A stretch of DNA of 55,002 nt from Candidatus Argoarchaeum ethanivorans (GTDB lineage Archaea > Halobacteriota > Methanosarcinia > Methanosarcinales > EX4572-44). The notes beneath the pieces were generated by a model. It saw nothing but the letters and a program-made list of their open reading frames with translations, was not told the DNA's origin and made no database searches. Location: the NCBI GenBank assembly GCA_905067555.1, contig CAJHIS010000003.1, positions 1 to 55,002 of the forward strand, read 5' to 3'. A program made the position numbers and the translations under genes. Shown one piece after another: positions 38,093 through 47,940 of the stretch (position 1 is its first letter; every line of letters starts with the position of its first letter).

Positions 38093-39548
38093 TTAATTTT
38101 TATATAATTTATGTATAATGGCATGAATGTTTGGAAAGTTTAATTTTAATGATGCACCAAATATAACAGTTACAAATTCTTTATTTTGTAGTATATATTT
38201 TGTGATGACCATCGGCATTTTTAAAAAATGATTTTTGAAACCTCTTAAAGTTAAAATTCTATCTATCGCCACCCCATACATAATTTTATTTTCAAATTCA
38301 ATTAACTTTTTAGAGTTATGCTCAACTGTATAATATGGTACTGATTTATCAGATAGCCAAAAATCATCATCAATTTGACCTGCATTTTTCATTTGATCAT
38401 AGACTTCTGTTCCTGGGTACACCCATAGTTTTCCAACCCCTGCGATCCAACTATAATGAATTTTTTGGGTTGTTTGAACCAAATCGATGGTTTCAGATAT
38501 TGTTTTATCATTTTCACCTGGAAAACCGCACATTAAAAAAGTTGTGATTGTAAAATTAAATGGTTTCAAAGTTTTAAATAAATTGATTACATCATTTTTA
38601 TTAATATTTTTATGTATTGATTTTAATAATTTCTGTGAGCCAGTTTCCAGCCCAAACATTATCTTTGTGAAGCCAGCACGTTCCATCCAGTAAAACATCT
38701 CTGATGAAATAGGTTTTACTCTTGCACTGCATTCAAAAGTAAGTTTTAAATTTGCATCAACCACCATTTTACAAAATTGTATTACTCGTGAATTATATAG
38801 CAAAAACGCATCGTCATGTATTTGAATATGTTTTAGACGTGGATATTTTTGTTTCAAAGATTTGATTTCATTTACCACATTGGTAATATCACGTTTTCTG
38901 TATTGTCGTTTAGAGATTGCCTTTAGACAACAAAAACTACAATCATACGGGCAGCCTCTTGATGTAATAATGTGTCCAATTGTGCGATTGGATTCATTAT
39001 CGAAAAAGACTTCATGTTTTGGAAATGGTATGGAATCCAAATCATAAATTAATTCTCTGGGTTTAGTTTGAACAACTTGTCCATTTTTATAAAACGCTAT
39101 GCCATCAACAGTTTCCAATGTAGCTTTGGATTCAAATGCTTTTATTAATTCACTTACAGCATATTCACCCTCTCCTATCACTGCAATGACATGAGGGTAT
39201 TTTTTAATTATCTGTTCATACATTACTGATGTGTGTATCCCCCCCAACAATTATGCGAGTGTGTGGGGAACAAATTTTCAACTTTTCAATGGCATTGAAA
39301 GTGGAAACTCTATTCATGCTAAAAATCTGAAATCCAATAATTTCCGGTTTAAACATCTCAAAACATTCAAATAACTTCTTTTCAGAAAAATCTTCATCAT
39401 AGTTGTTTAAGAAAAGTAATTTAACTTCATGTCCTTCTTTTTCAAGAACTGAGTATATATATGCTAATCCAATTGGATATGCAGTGTTTGGGTTGTGTTC
39501 AAACCGACTGGCTGGCTCAATCGATAATGTTGCAAGTAAAATCTTCAT
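38093..39548 (-). pseudogene. B12-binding radical SAM gene split by a +1 frameshift in a G7 tract
   Basis: N-terminal ORF 39216-39548 (B12-binding-type domain, ...RIIVGGDTHISNV*) and C-terminal ORF 38093-39250 (..GGIHTSVMYEQ..., CPYDCSFC). Removing one G from the run at 39239-39245 gives a continuous ...RIIVGGIHTSVMYEQ.... Confidence 0.75.
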
Positions 39549-40546
39549 GAGGATTCCTCATCAATTCTGGAGAAAAACTTTCTTAATCTCTTGACATAGG
39601 TATGCTCTTCAATTGCTCTCTTATATCCATTAATCATAATCTCTTTTCTTTCCGACTCATTTTCAAGAAAATATTCAATTTGTGAGAGTAAATCCTCAAA
39701 TGAAGTATATATTGACACTTCATTCCCAATCTCAAAGTAATCCTCTAAAGACAGAGCATAATTTGTTAACTGAAATCCGCCAAAAGCTGGGATCTCAAAA
39801 TTCCTTGCTTTTATTTGTTCAACTTTTTTATCAGATTTAATAAATTCATTCAGGTTCTTAATAGATGAAAAGACGCAACGGATATCATAAGAAGCGCTAT
39901 TGGATATATTAAGGTTTATTTTCGATGTATTAAAAATTTGCGTCATCTCTTCAAATGAAACTCTCCCATTTTTCCAGCCGTGTCCAAAACATTCAACCTT
40001 TATTCCCCTTTCCAGCAGCTTCCCAATGATCCACTTCCGGTAACCGCTGATACTGCCTATAAATGAAATGTCATATTTGTATTCTATAGTGTCAAAATCT
40101 ATATTTTCACGATATCCAAAAGATGCCCATTGGCTAAGAATGACATTCTTATAACCTATTTTATTATATTTAATCAATGAAAACTTATCAGTTGTAATTG
40201 AATAAGTAAAATGGGGTGCATAATATTTAGTAAAATTTTCAAATCTCCACGGATCATCACAAAACCAATTGATCGTGATATATTTACTTTTCAAATAATC
40301 TAACGTTTCAAAAGTAAACTCATCCCTCATCAATATAAAAAAAACAATGTCTGGTTTGATCTCATCGATAAATTCGACAATTCGTCTCTGTAATTCATCT
40401 TTTTTTGATAAATACTCGTCAAACCAAAATGGGATTACATCTTTTGTTATTTGCTTTAGAGCTGGATAAAATCCCCTCACATCTAACGATTCTCCACGAG
40501 ATTGTATTCCATAATCATACCTGAGAAATACTGGAACGATTTTCAT
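39545..40546 (-). CDS. CgeB-family glycosyltransferase-like protein
   Basis: 333 aa. KARNFEIPAFGGFQLTNY and the C-terminal YFLENESERKEI resemble CgeB/DUF3880-type proteins. Family assignment is from memory. Confidence 0.5.
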   Translation of the reverse strand: MKIVPVFLRYDYGIQSRGESLDVRGFYPALKQITKDVIPFWFDEYLSKKDELQRRIVEFIDEIKPDIVFFILMRDEFTFETLDYLKSKYITINWFCDDPWRFENFTKYYAPHFTYSITTDKFSLIKYNKIGYKNVILSQWASFGYRENIDFDTIEYKYDISFIGSISGYRKWIIGKLLERGIKVECFGHGWKNGRVSFEEMTQIFNTSKINLNISNSASYDIRCVFSSIKNLNEFIKSDKKVEQIKARNFEIPAFGGFQLTNYALSLEDYFEIGNEVSIYTSFEDLLSQIEYFLENESERKEIMINGYKRAIEEHTYVKRLRKFFSRIDEESS

Positions 40547-40549
40547 TTC

Positions 40550-41890
40550 TTACCACTTTTCATGAAGATTCTCAATATAATTCTCAAATGCTTTTAATAT
40601 ATATTTCATTTTTTCAGAATCAATCCCAGGATAAACTCCAATCCAGAAACTATTTTTCATTATATTATCTGTATTCTCTAAATCTCCAACAACCCTATAT
40701 TTTCCAAAATCGCCTCTTATCTCATCAAAACAGGGATGTTTTATTATATTTCCTGCAAAAAGCATCCTTGTCTGAATACCTTTTGATTCTAAATAGCCTA
40801 CAATATCATTCTTGGAAAAACCGCTTTCTTCTCGTACAGTAATTAAGAATCCGAACCAGCTAGGGTCGCTCCCATAAGTAGCTTCAGGCAATATAAAATG
40901 ATCTTCATATTTCTTTAACCCGTTGAACAATTCTTTGAAATTTTTTCTCCTTTTATCAATAAAACCAGGCAACTTTTCAAGCTGCGCGCATCCAACAGCC
41001 GCTTGCATGTCTGTAACTTTTAGATTATACCCAAAATGAGAATATGTATATTTATGATCATATCCTTTTGGTAGTTGACCAAGCTGCCACGAAAACCGTT
41101 TACTGCAGGAATTATCCTGCCCTGAATCGCACCAGCAATCCCTTCCCCAATCTCTAAATGAATGAATTATGTCTTTCAAAAGAGTGTTATCTGTTGTTAA
41201 AGCCCCCCCCTCCCCCATGGTCATATGGTGTGGAGGATAAAAGCTATATGTTGCTATATCTCCGAATGTGCCAGTGTATTTACCATTATATTCTGAACCA
41301 AGGGAATCACAGTTATCTTCAATAAGCCAGAGCCCATTCTTACTGCAAAAATTCTTTACTGAACCTATGTCAAAAGGATTACCCAGCGTATGTGCAAGGA
41401 AAACTGCTCTGGTTTTTTCACTGATCGCATTTTCAAGTTGAGAGCATTCGATATTATATGTTGGTATATTCACATCAACAAAAACAGGAACCAGATTATT
41501 TTGTATTATAGGTGCTACTGTAGTTGGGAAGCAGGCGGCAGTCGTAACCACTTCATCGCCTGGTTTTAATTGCCTATCTCCAAGTTTGGAAGAAGTTAAT
41601 GCTGTAATGGCAAGCAGGTTCGCAGATGAGCCCGAGTTCGTAAGAATACAATGTTTTACGCCCAGGAACTCTGAGAAGTTTTTTTCGAACTCTTTCGCAT
41701 ATCTGCCTGCCGTAAGCCAGAATTCAAGTGCAGAATCTACAAGATTGATTAATTCCTTCTCATCGTATACTCTACTGGCATAATTTACTTTTGATTTACC
41801 TGGTATGAATTGCTCTTGCTGATGAGCTAATGAATAATAGTCCTTGACCTTGCTGAAAATTTCCTTCTTGAGTTCTTCTTTGGTTTTCAT
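40550..41890 (-). CDS. rfbH: CDP-4-dehydro-6-deoxyglucose 3-dehydrase (E1), PMP- and 2Fe-2S-dependent
   Basis: 446 aa, near-collinear with enterobacterial RfbH/DdhC as I recall it (LTNSGSSANLLAITALTS, GFPTTV-like CFPTTVAP, DHKYTYSHFGYNLKVTDMQAA). His replaces the Schiff-base Lys (PPHHMTMGEGG). The C-X57-C-X1-C-X7-C motif is intact, counted in the translation. Confidence 0.9.
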   Translation of the reverse strand: MKTKEELKKEIFSKVKDYYSLAHQQEQFIPGKSKVNYASRVYDEKELINLVDSALEFWLTAGRYAKEFEKNFSEFLGVKHCILTNSGSSANLLAITALTSSKLGDRQLKPGDEVVTTAACFPTTVAPIIQNNLVPVFVDVNIPTYNIECSQLENAISEKTRAVFLAHTLGNPFDIGSVKNFCSKNGLWLIEDNCDSLGSEYNGKYTGTFGDIATYSFYPPHHMTMGEGGALTTDNTLLKDIIHSFRDWGRDCWCDSGQDNSCSKRFSWQLGQLPKGYDHKYTYSHFGYNLKVTDMQAAVGCAQLEKLPGFIDKRRKNFKELFNGLKKYEDHFILPEATYGSDPSWFGFLITVREESGFSKNDIVGYLESKGIQTRMLFAGNIIKHPCFDEIRGDFGKYRVVGDLENTDNIMKNSFWIGVYPGIDSEKMKYILKAFENYIENLHEKW

Positions 41891-41901
41891 AGTAGTATTA
41901 A

Positions 41902-42852
41902 TTATTTATATAGATGTAAATTATTCTCAAACCATGAAATAGTTTGTCTGATTCCATCATCTATGTGACATTTCGGTCGCCAATTAAAACTTCGATTTAC
42001 TTTTTCAATGTCAGCTTCCCATTTTTCTGTATCATATGCTCTTCCGGAAAATGAGTTCCACTTTATTTCGCTCTGTGAGTCTGTAATTTCAATAATTCTA
42101 TTAACAATATACGTAACTGTTATTTGAGAACCGCTGCCAACATTGAACACCTCTCCTTTTAATCCGGAGGCTATCTCCATGCTTTGTAAATAAACATCCA
42201 ATACATCTTCAATATAAATATAATCTCTTACAGCAGCAGGATCTCCCAGTAGTAATGGTTTATTCTGTAGCGCATTTGTTATCGCGTAAGTTATTAACCT
42301 GCTCTTATCATCAAAGGGCCCAAATGGAGAAAAAAGCCTTAATCCGATTATTGGTTTGTCCTTAGTCTGAGCAATTGATTGCCCATACAATGTTGCTGCA
42401 CATTTTGAGATACCATAAAAATTAATAGGTTCGCATATATCTGTTTCTTTCATAGGTTCTTTTTTTGGTCCATATTCGGAAGAACTTCCGGTATTAACAA
42501 AACATTTATAATCAATATCATTACAGGCATTGATCAAATTAACCGCTCCAAGAAGATTTGTTTCAATAACTTCCCTATCAGGACGCTGAACTCCACCATA
42601 CATACTAGAAGTCGCTAAATGAAAAATCACATCTGGTTCAATTTCGGTCATCAAACCTTTCAATTCTTTCTGGTTGAGTAAATCTATAGTATGGTTATGT
42701 AAATCTAAAAAACAATCCATTAGCCTCCATTTATTAGATGACCTGCGAGTTAGTATATGAATGTCGTGTCCATTGGAGCTAAGTCTTCTAACCAGATTAG
42801 AACCCACAAAACCTGTTGCACCTGTCACTAATATTCTATATGTTTTTGTCAT
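41902..42852 (-). CDS. Extended SDR NAD(P)-dependent sugar-nucleotide reductase/epimerase (YerF- or paratose/abequose-synthase-like by context)
   Basis: ILVTGATGFVGSNL, GSSSEYG, YGISKCAA (YxxxK). Confidence 0.8.
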   Translation of the reverse strand: MTKTYRILVTGATGFVGSNLVRRLSSNGHDIHILTRRSSNKWRLMDCFLDLHNHTIDLLNQKELKGLMTEIEPDVIFHLATSSMYGGVQRPDREVIETNLLGAVNLINACNDIDYKCFVNTGSSSEYGPKKEPMKETDICEPINFYGISKCAATLYGQSIAQTKDKPIIGLRLFSPFGPFDDKSRLITYAITNALQNKPLLLGDPAAVRDYIYIEDVLDVYLQSMEIASGLKGEVFNVGSGSQITVTYIVNRIIEITDSQSEIKWNSFSGRAYDTEKWEADIEKVNRSFNWRPKCHIDDGIRQTISWFENNLHLYK

Positions 42853-42861
42853 AAGGTTATT

Positions 42862-44646
42862 TCAATTATCTGCAATATTCATTCGATCCAAAATTAATCT
42901 CATCGATTTCAATTCTTTTTCACTCAGAAATGGTGATTGCTCTTCTATTGGCCTGTTGAACTCCAGTTTTGGATTCACATTTATTTCCATTGGTATAATC
43001 ACTTCTATAAAACTTGGGGACTGATATTTCAATAATGTTGGAATTATTTTATTCAATCCTTTAACAGTATTTACACTTTCTGCCCTGATACCATAAGCAC
43101 TTACAACTTCAACAAAATCCGGGCAATCGTATCCAATCACGGTAGATAAGAAGTGTTTATTGAAATAGAGTTCTTGGAATTGCCTCACCATCCCCAGACT
43201 TTTATTGTTGATCAGAAAAATGTTTATTGGCAATTTACTCCTGACTATAGTCTGAAGTTCTTGGATATTCATCTGAAATCCCCCATCTCCAACAATTACA
43301 ACAACTTGTTTACCTGGTTCTGCTAAAGATGCACCTATGGCCGCTGGTAATCCAAAACCCATTGAGCCCATACCTCCGGAAATGATCATTCTTTGATCTT
43401 TTTTTATCTCAAAAGATTGAGCAGCCCACATTTGATGCTGTCCAACATCCAGACAAATAATTGCGTCATTATCAACCAATTGTGATAACCGGTTCATAAA
43501 AAAGTTAGGATTGATCGAGCTATCTTCATTTTTAGGGATTGTGTATGAAGGGTATTTATTCTTACATAGATTTATCCACTTATACCAAGCATTTAAAGAT
43601 TTACTTTTATCATGCTTAATACTTTTATTGATTATAGACAAAAATACCTTTACGTCTGATTTGATAGTTAAAAACGATTTGACTTTACAATTTAATTCAG
43701 TTTCATCGATATCAATATGTATGATCTTTGCCGACCTAGCAAAAGTGTCTGGTCTTGTCCCAGTTTGCCTGTTATCAAGCCTTGAACCAAGAATTATCAA
43801 TAGATCACTGTTTGCCACAGCAAGATTACTGTAACGGTTCCCGTAAGCACCAATCATTCCAAAAAAAAGTGGATTATCATGAGGATATGCATCCAATCCC
43901 ATGAGAGATACAACAACAGGTATTTTTGTTTTTTGAACGAACTCAAATAATTCATTGGATGCGCTTGCGCTTCGTATTCCCCCCCCGACCAAAACAATGG
44001 GTCTTTCTGATTGTCCGATCAAGTCAATTATGGTTTGGATTTTAAATTGATCTCCTTCATTCTTGATTTTTTCTTTGAAATTGTGGTATTCTTCACTATG
44101 ATAGAAATCCGGTAATTCCTCCGGATTTATCTGAGCTCTCTGGATATTCATTGGAATATCAAGTAAAACAGGGCCTGGTCGACCTGATTTTGCTATAAAA
44201 ACTGCTTTTTGAAGTTGATATTTTATGGATTCAGGTTCAGTAATCATCATTGCATATTTTGTGATGGGTTTAACGATGCTGACAATATCAGTTTCCTGGA
44301 ATCCTATCTGTCTTATTTGCTTATCAAATTTATATTCATACGTATTTACTTGTCCAGTAATATACAAACATGGAATTGAATCAAAAAACGCACTACCAAT
44401 TCCTGTAATTAGATTAGTCGCCCCTGGGCCACTTGTAGCCATGGAAACTCCTATATTCAAAGTTACACGTGAATAAGATTCCGCTGCAAAAGCCGCTGCT
44501 TGTTCATGGTGGGTAGTAATACAGATGATATCTTTTCGATCATGGGTCGAATCGACTAAATGAGTTATTGCTCCACCAATAACTTCAAAAATATGACGTA
44601 CATCATTTTCAGCAAGAAAATCAATTACATAATCCGATAATTTCAT
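42862..44646 (-). CDS. Thiamine-diphosphate-dependent enzyme, acetolactate-synthase large-subunit-like (YerE-like by context)
   Basis: 594 aa. N-terminal Pyr domain (HEQAAAFAAESYSR, SGPGATNL), central domain, C-terminal TPP motif GSMGFGLPAAIGA...VGDGGFQMNIQEL. Confidence 0.85.
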   Translation of the reverse strand: MKLSDYVIDFLAENDVRHIFEVIGGAITHLVDSTHDRKDIICITTHHEQAAAFAAESYSRVTLNIGVSMATSGPGATNLITGIGSAFFDSIPCLYITGQVNTYEYKFDKQIRQIGFQETDIVSIVKPITKYAMMITEPESIKYQLQKAVFIAKSGRPGPVLLDIPMNIQRAQINPEELPDFYHSEEYHNFKEKIKNEGDQFKIQTIIDLIGQSERPIVLVGGGIRSASASNELFEFVQKTKIPVVVSLMGLDAYPHDNPLFFGMIGAYGNRYSNLAVANSDLLIILGSRLDNRQTGTRPDTFARSAKIIHIDIDETELNCKVKSFLTIKSDVKVFLSIINKSIKHDKSKSLNAWYKWINLCKNKYPSYTIPKNEDSSINPNFFMNRLSQLVDNDAIICLDVGQHQMWAAQSFEIKKDQRMIISGGMGSMGFGLPAAIGASLAEPGKQVVVIVGDGGFQMNIQELQTIVRSKLPINIFLINNKSLGMVRQFQELYFNKHFLSTVIGYDCPDFVEVVSAYGIRAESVNTVKGLNKIIPTLLKYQSPSFIEVIIPMEINVNPKLEFNRPIEEQSPFLSEKELKSMRLILDRMNIADN

Positions 44647-44658
44647 AATCTCACACTT

Positions 44659-45663
44659 TTAAGATTTAAAATTACTTTTGTACCATTCAATCGTTTCAAC
44701 CAACGAAGAATCCAACGTATATTTTGGACTCCAGTCAAGTTGTTCTTTAGCCTTTTTTGCTGATAAATATTGATTTCGTATCTCATTCTTAGCCTGGTTC
44801 AGGATCGTTGGTTCAAGGTCAGCATCCATTATATTAATTATCTTTTTTACAAGTTCTAAGACAGTTACCTGAATCTCAGTACTGAAATTGTATGCCCCCC
44901 CATGAGTACTTGTATCTGAAAGCATTTTTTCTGCAAGGAGCATGTATGCAAGCGCACCGTCCTTTACGTAGAAATAGTCGCGAATGAATGTCCCATCGCT
45001 GCGTATGACAGGACTTTCTCCATTTAGCAAGGAACGGATCGTACCGGGGATAATCCTGTTGAAATTTAGATCTCCTGGCCCGTAAAAATTCCCACACCGT
45101 GTAACGCAAACAGGCAACTTAAAGGTATTGTAGTAGGTGTATGCAATAAGATCGGCACAACTTTTGGAAACATCATACGGATGGGTACCTTGCAATGGCG
45201 TACTCTCGTCATACGGCAAATGCTTTTGACCCCCATATGCTTTATCACTGGAAGCAATCACCATAGCTTTGATAAGTGGGGATCTTCGGCATGCCTCAAG
45301 GAGATAGTATGTTCCACGTATGTTGGATTCGAACGTGGATAAAGGATTGCGGTTCGCTATTCCTACAATCGTTTGCGCTCCCAGATGGAACACCACTTCA
45401 GTTTCATACTCGTTCAATGCCCGTTCTAAAAGTTCATAATCTTCGAGCTTACCATAGACTACCGTTAAAGTATCTTTGATATAATCAAACTCATCGGAGC
45501 TACTCCACAATATAGATTTAGGAACGATATCACGGACCAATATAATAACATTGGCACCTTCATCAACCAATAACTTGGTCAGCCAAGAACCCACCAGTCC
45601 TGTTGCACCGGTAATGAATATATTCTTATCTTTCCAGTTATACTTCATCATCTTCCCATACAA
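44659..45663 (-). CDS. rfbG: CDP-glucose 4,6-dehydratase
   Basis: [34 protein letters not shown]. Immediately downstream of, and overlapping, rfbF. Confidence 0.85.
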   Translation of the reverse strand: MYGKMMKYNWKDKNIFITGATGLVGSWLTKLLVDEGANVIILVRDIVPKSILWSSSDEFDYIKDTLTVVYGKLEDYELLERALNEYETEVVFHLGAQTIVGIANRNPLSTFESNIRGTYYLLEACRRSPLIKAMVIASSDKAYGGQKHLPYDESTPLQGTHPYDVSKSCADLIAYTYYNTFKLPVCVTRCGNFYGPGDLNFNRIIPGTIRSLLNGESPVIRSDGTFIRDYFYVKDGALAYMLLAEKMLSDTSTHGGAYNFSTEIQVTVLELVKKIINIMDADLEPTILNQAKNEIRNQYLSAKKAKEQLDWSPKYTLDSSLVETIEWYKSNFKS

Positions 45664-46423
45664 CCCATGGCCTATTATTTAAATTCCATTGTTCATTGAC
45701 CGCTTCAACCTCTTTATAGGTATCTATGGCTTTCCAAAACCCACGATGCTCGTATACAGCAAGTTCCTTCTCTTTAGCCACCTTGGGCAAAGCATCACGC
45801 TCAAAGTTGGAATTTTCTAGTAGATAACTGAATATCTCACTATTTAATACGTAGAATCCGCCATTTATCAAACCATCAGTGGATGGTTTTTCTGCGAATG
45901 AGGTTGCAATTCCAGATTCTTCGACTTCGAGAACACCGAAACGAAATTGTGGTCTTGTTCCTGTTACAGTGGCAATTTTATTCTTTGAATGGTGGTATGA
46001 CAAAAGATTGGATATATTAACGTCTGCCAGACCATCACCGTATGTTAAGAAGAAAACGTCATCATCAATGTATTTTTCTATTTTTTTAACGCGTCCACCA
46101 GTATCAGTATCTTCACCTGTATCTGCAAAAGTGATATTCCAATTTTCCATGGCATGCGCATGAGTTGTCACTTCGCCTTTCCCTTTACCCATATGCAATG
46201 TAAAGTCGTTGGCAAACCATTCAAAGTTCATAAAATAGTCTTTGATCATGTTTCCTTTATAGCCAAGACACAATACAAAATCATTGAATCCATAATAGCT
46301 ATAGGTCTTCATTATATGCCAGAGTATCGGCATTCCACCAATTTCAACTAATGGTTTTGGCTTGTACTCTGTTTCCTCGCGCATACGTGTACCTTTTCCA
46401 CCACACAGGATCGCAACTTTCAT
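45638..46423 (-). CDS. rfbF: Glucose-1-phosphate cytidylyltransferase
   Basis: [39 protein letters not shown] and [13 protein letters not shown] are the characteristic RfbF pattern. 261 aa. Confidence 0.92.
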   Translation of the reverse strand: MKVAILCGGKGTRMREETEYKPKPLVEIGGMPILWHIMKTYSYYGFNDFVLCLGYKGNMIKDYFMNFEWFANDFTLHMGKGKGEVTTHAHAMENWNITFADTGEDTDTGGRVKKIEKYIDDDVFFLTYGDGLADVNISNLLSYHHSKNKIATVTGTRPQFRFGVLEVEESGIATSFAEKPSTDGLINGGFYVLNSEIFSYLLENSNFERDALPKVAKEKELAVYEHRGFWKAIDTYKEVEAVNEQWNLNNRPWVVWEDDEV

Positions 46424-46570
46424 TTTATCACTTTTGTATTTATAATATAATCTAAAATGGTAACTGTCCGCATTGCAATTTGGTTACGCCATTTTGTTTT
46501 ATTTTTTGACACATCTCATAGAATTTGCTATTATATTTAAGCTATATGGTCAGGCGACCTCAGTATTCGC

Positions 46571-46758
46571 TCACATACCACCCATGCACTCCCCAACCCC
46601 TTCTCCCGACAACAGCTTAGCCTCCACCCCAGCCATCCCCAAAAACATCAAGCAGTTTTTGTGGCATGCCGTCCGGTTTTGATGCATCATACCTCATCCC
46701 CCCGAACCCGACAACATCCATAATCAATTCTGCCAGTGTGCCAACCATTTTGACAATG
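46571..46758 (-). pseudogene. C-terminal relic of a third GDP-fucose-synthase-family gene
   Basis: Minus-strand translation gives [31 protein letters not shown], then a frameshift, then ..VEAKLLSGEGVGE... It parallels [50 protein letters not shown] of the intact fcl. GC-rich, unlike both neighbours. Confidence 0.65.
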
Positions 46759-46764
46759 ATTATC

Positions 46765-47940
46765 TTATCTTTTCCTCAAACAACTACTCAAAGTTTCCAA
46801 GTCAGATTCTGAAAGCTCCGGATAATTTCCGCAGTAAAAACCACAGTTATGAATAAAATCTGTACCAGGTAAATCAAAAGTATTATGAACATATTTTTTG
46901 TAAAAAGGTTGGTTTTGAATATTTCCTGCAATCATTGGACGTATTTCTATTCCCGCCCCTGAAAACTGGAAGATGTATTTATCTCTCAATTTTGGAGTCC
47001 TGCATAAAATAGGGTATGCAAAACTTGAAAGACGTTTTAAATGTGTGTGATCCAATTGAATCAGATCAGGATTATCACGAAGGATTGCCTCTAACATCAT
47101 ATAATTATTTTCGCGTTTTGCGATGTTTTCCTCAATAAATTTAAGCTGATAAAGTCCAATGAAACCAGTTATTTCCGTGGGGCGCAAATTATATCCTAAA
47201 TCATAGAAAGTATACTTAGCATCAAACTCACTTTGAATATTAAAATTCTTACGCCATTTTAATTGCTGTACGGCCGTCAAATTTCTGTCCCACCCGTTTG
47301 CACGAACGATCCTAAGCATTTGTGCAAGCTCTGTATCGTCTGTGCATACCATACCCCCTTCAATTGTGGACATATGATGGGCAACGAAAAATGAAAAACT
47401 TGATGCTATGCTAAAATTACCTGCCTTGCCAGTGTGCAGTGCAGTTCCCAATGACTCACAATTGTCTTCTATCAAAACAATTCCCCTCTCATCACAAATC
47501 TGTTTTATTCGGTCCAAATCACCTGTAAAACCAAGTGCATTTGTGATAAAAAGAGCTTGAAGGTCAGTAGAATTTAGTCTTTCATTTAGAATATGTGACA
47601 TCACATTAAGAGTTTTCGGGTCACAATCCACTGCAACAGGTTCCATACCCAACTGAATGATTGGCATGACATTTGTTGACCATGTGAGTGCGGAAAAACC
47701 AATCTTGTCGCCATTTTTCAATCGCCCTATATTTTTCAATGCCTGCAACATTGCCAAATTTGCGCTGCCCCCGCTATTGAACAAAACTGAATCATTTCTG
47801 CCTTGAAACGCTGCAAATTCTTTCTCGAATACATAACATTTATTATCCATGCTCAATCGAGGCGCTTTCATGATAAACTCAGCGAGTGCTTGTTTTGTCT
47901 CATATTCATTAAGGAAAGCATTTTTCATTAATGGTATCAT
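46765..47940 (-). CDS. colD: GDP-4-keto-6-deoxy-D-mannose 3-dehydratase-like (ColD-like) DegT-family enzyme
   Basis: 391 aa. DegT fold (NSGGSANLAML, LIEDNCESLG) with His at the Schiff-base Lys position (FFVAHHMSTIEGG) and no E1-type Cys cluster. 4-nt overlap with an fcl-family gene. Confidence 0.75.
   Translation of the reverse strand: MIPLMKNAFLNEYETKQALAEFIMKAPRLSMDNKCYVFEKEFAAFQGRNDSVLFNSGGSANLAMLQALKNIGRLKNGDKIGFSALTWSTNVMPIIQLGMEPVAVDCDPKTLNVMSHILNERLNSTDLQALFITNALGFTGDLDRIKQICDERGIVLIEDNCESLGTALHTGKAGNFSIASSFSFFVAHHMSTIEGGMVCTDDTELAQMLRIVRANGWDRNLTAVQQLKWRKNFNIQSEFDAKYTFYDLGYNLRPTEITGFIGLYQLKFIEENIAKRENNYMMLEAILRDNPDLIQLDHTHLKRLSSFAYPILCRTPKLRDKYIFQFSGAGIEIRPMIAGNIQNQPFYKKYVHNTFDLPGTDFIHNCGFYCGNYPELSESDLETLSSCLRKR

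Noticed and set aside
46473-46682. 69-aa plus-strand ORF
   Set aside because: It lies antisense to the fcl-family relic, and its Pro-rich translation is a by-product of that GC-rich fragment.
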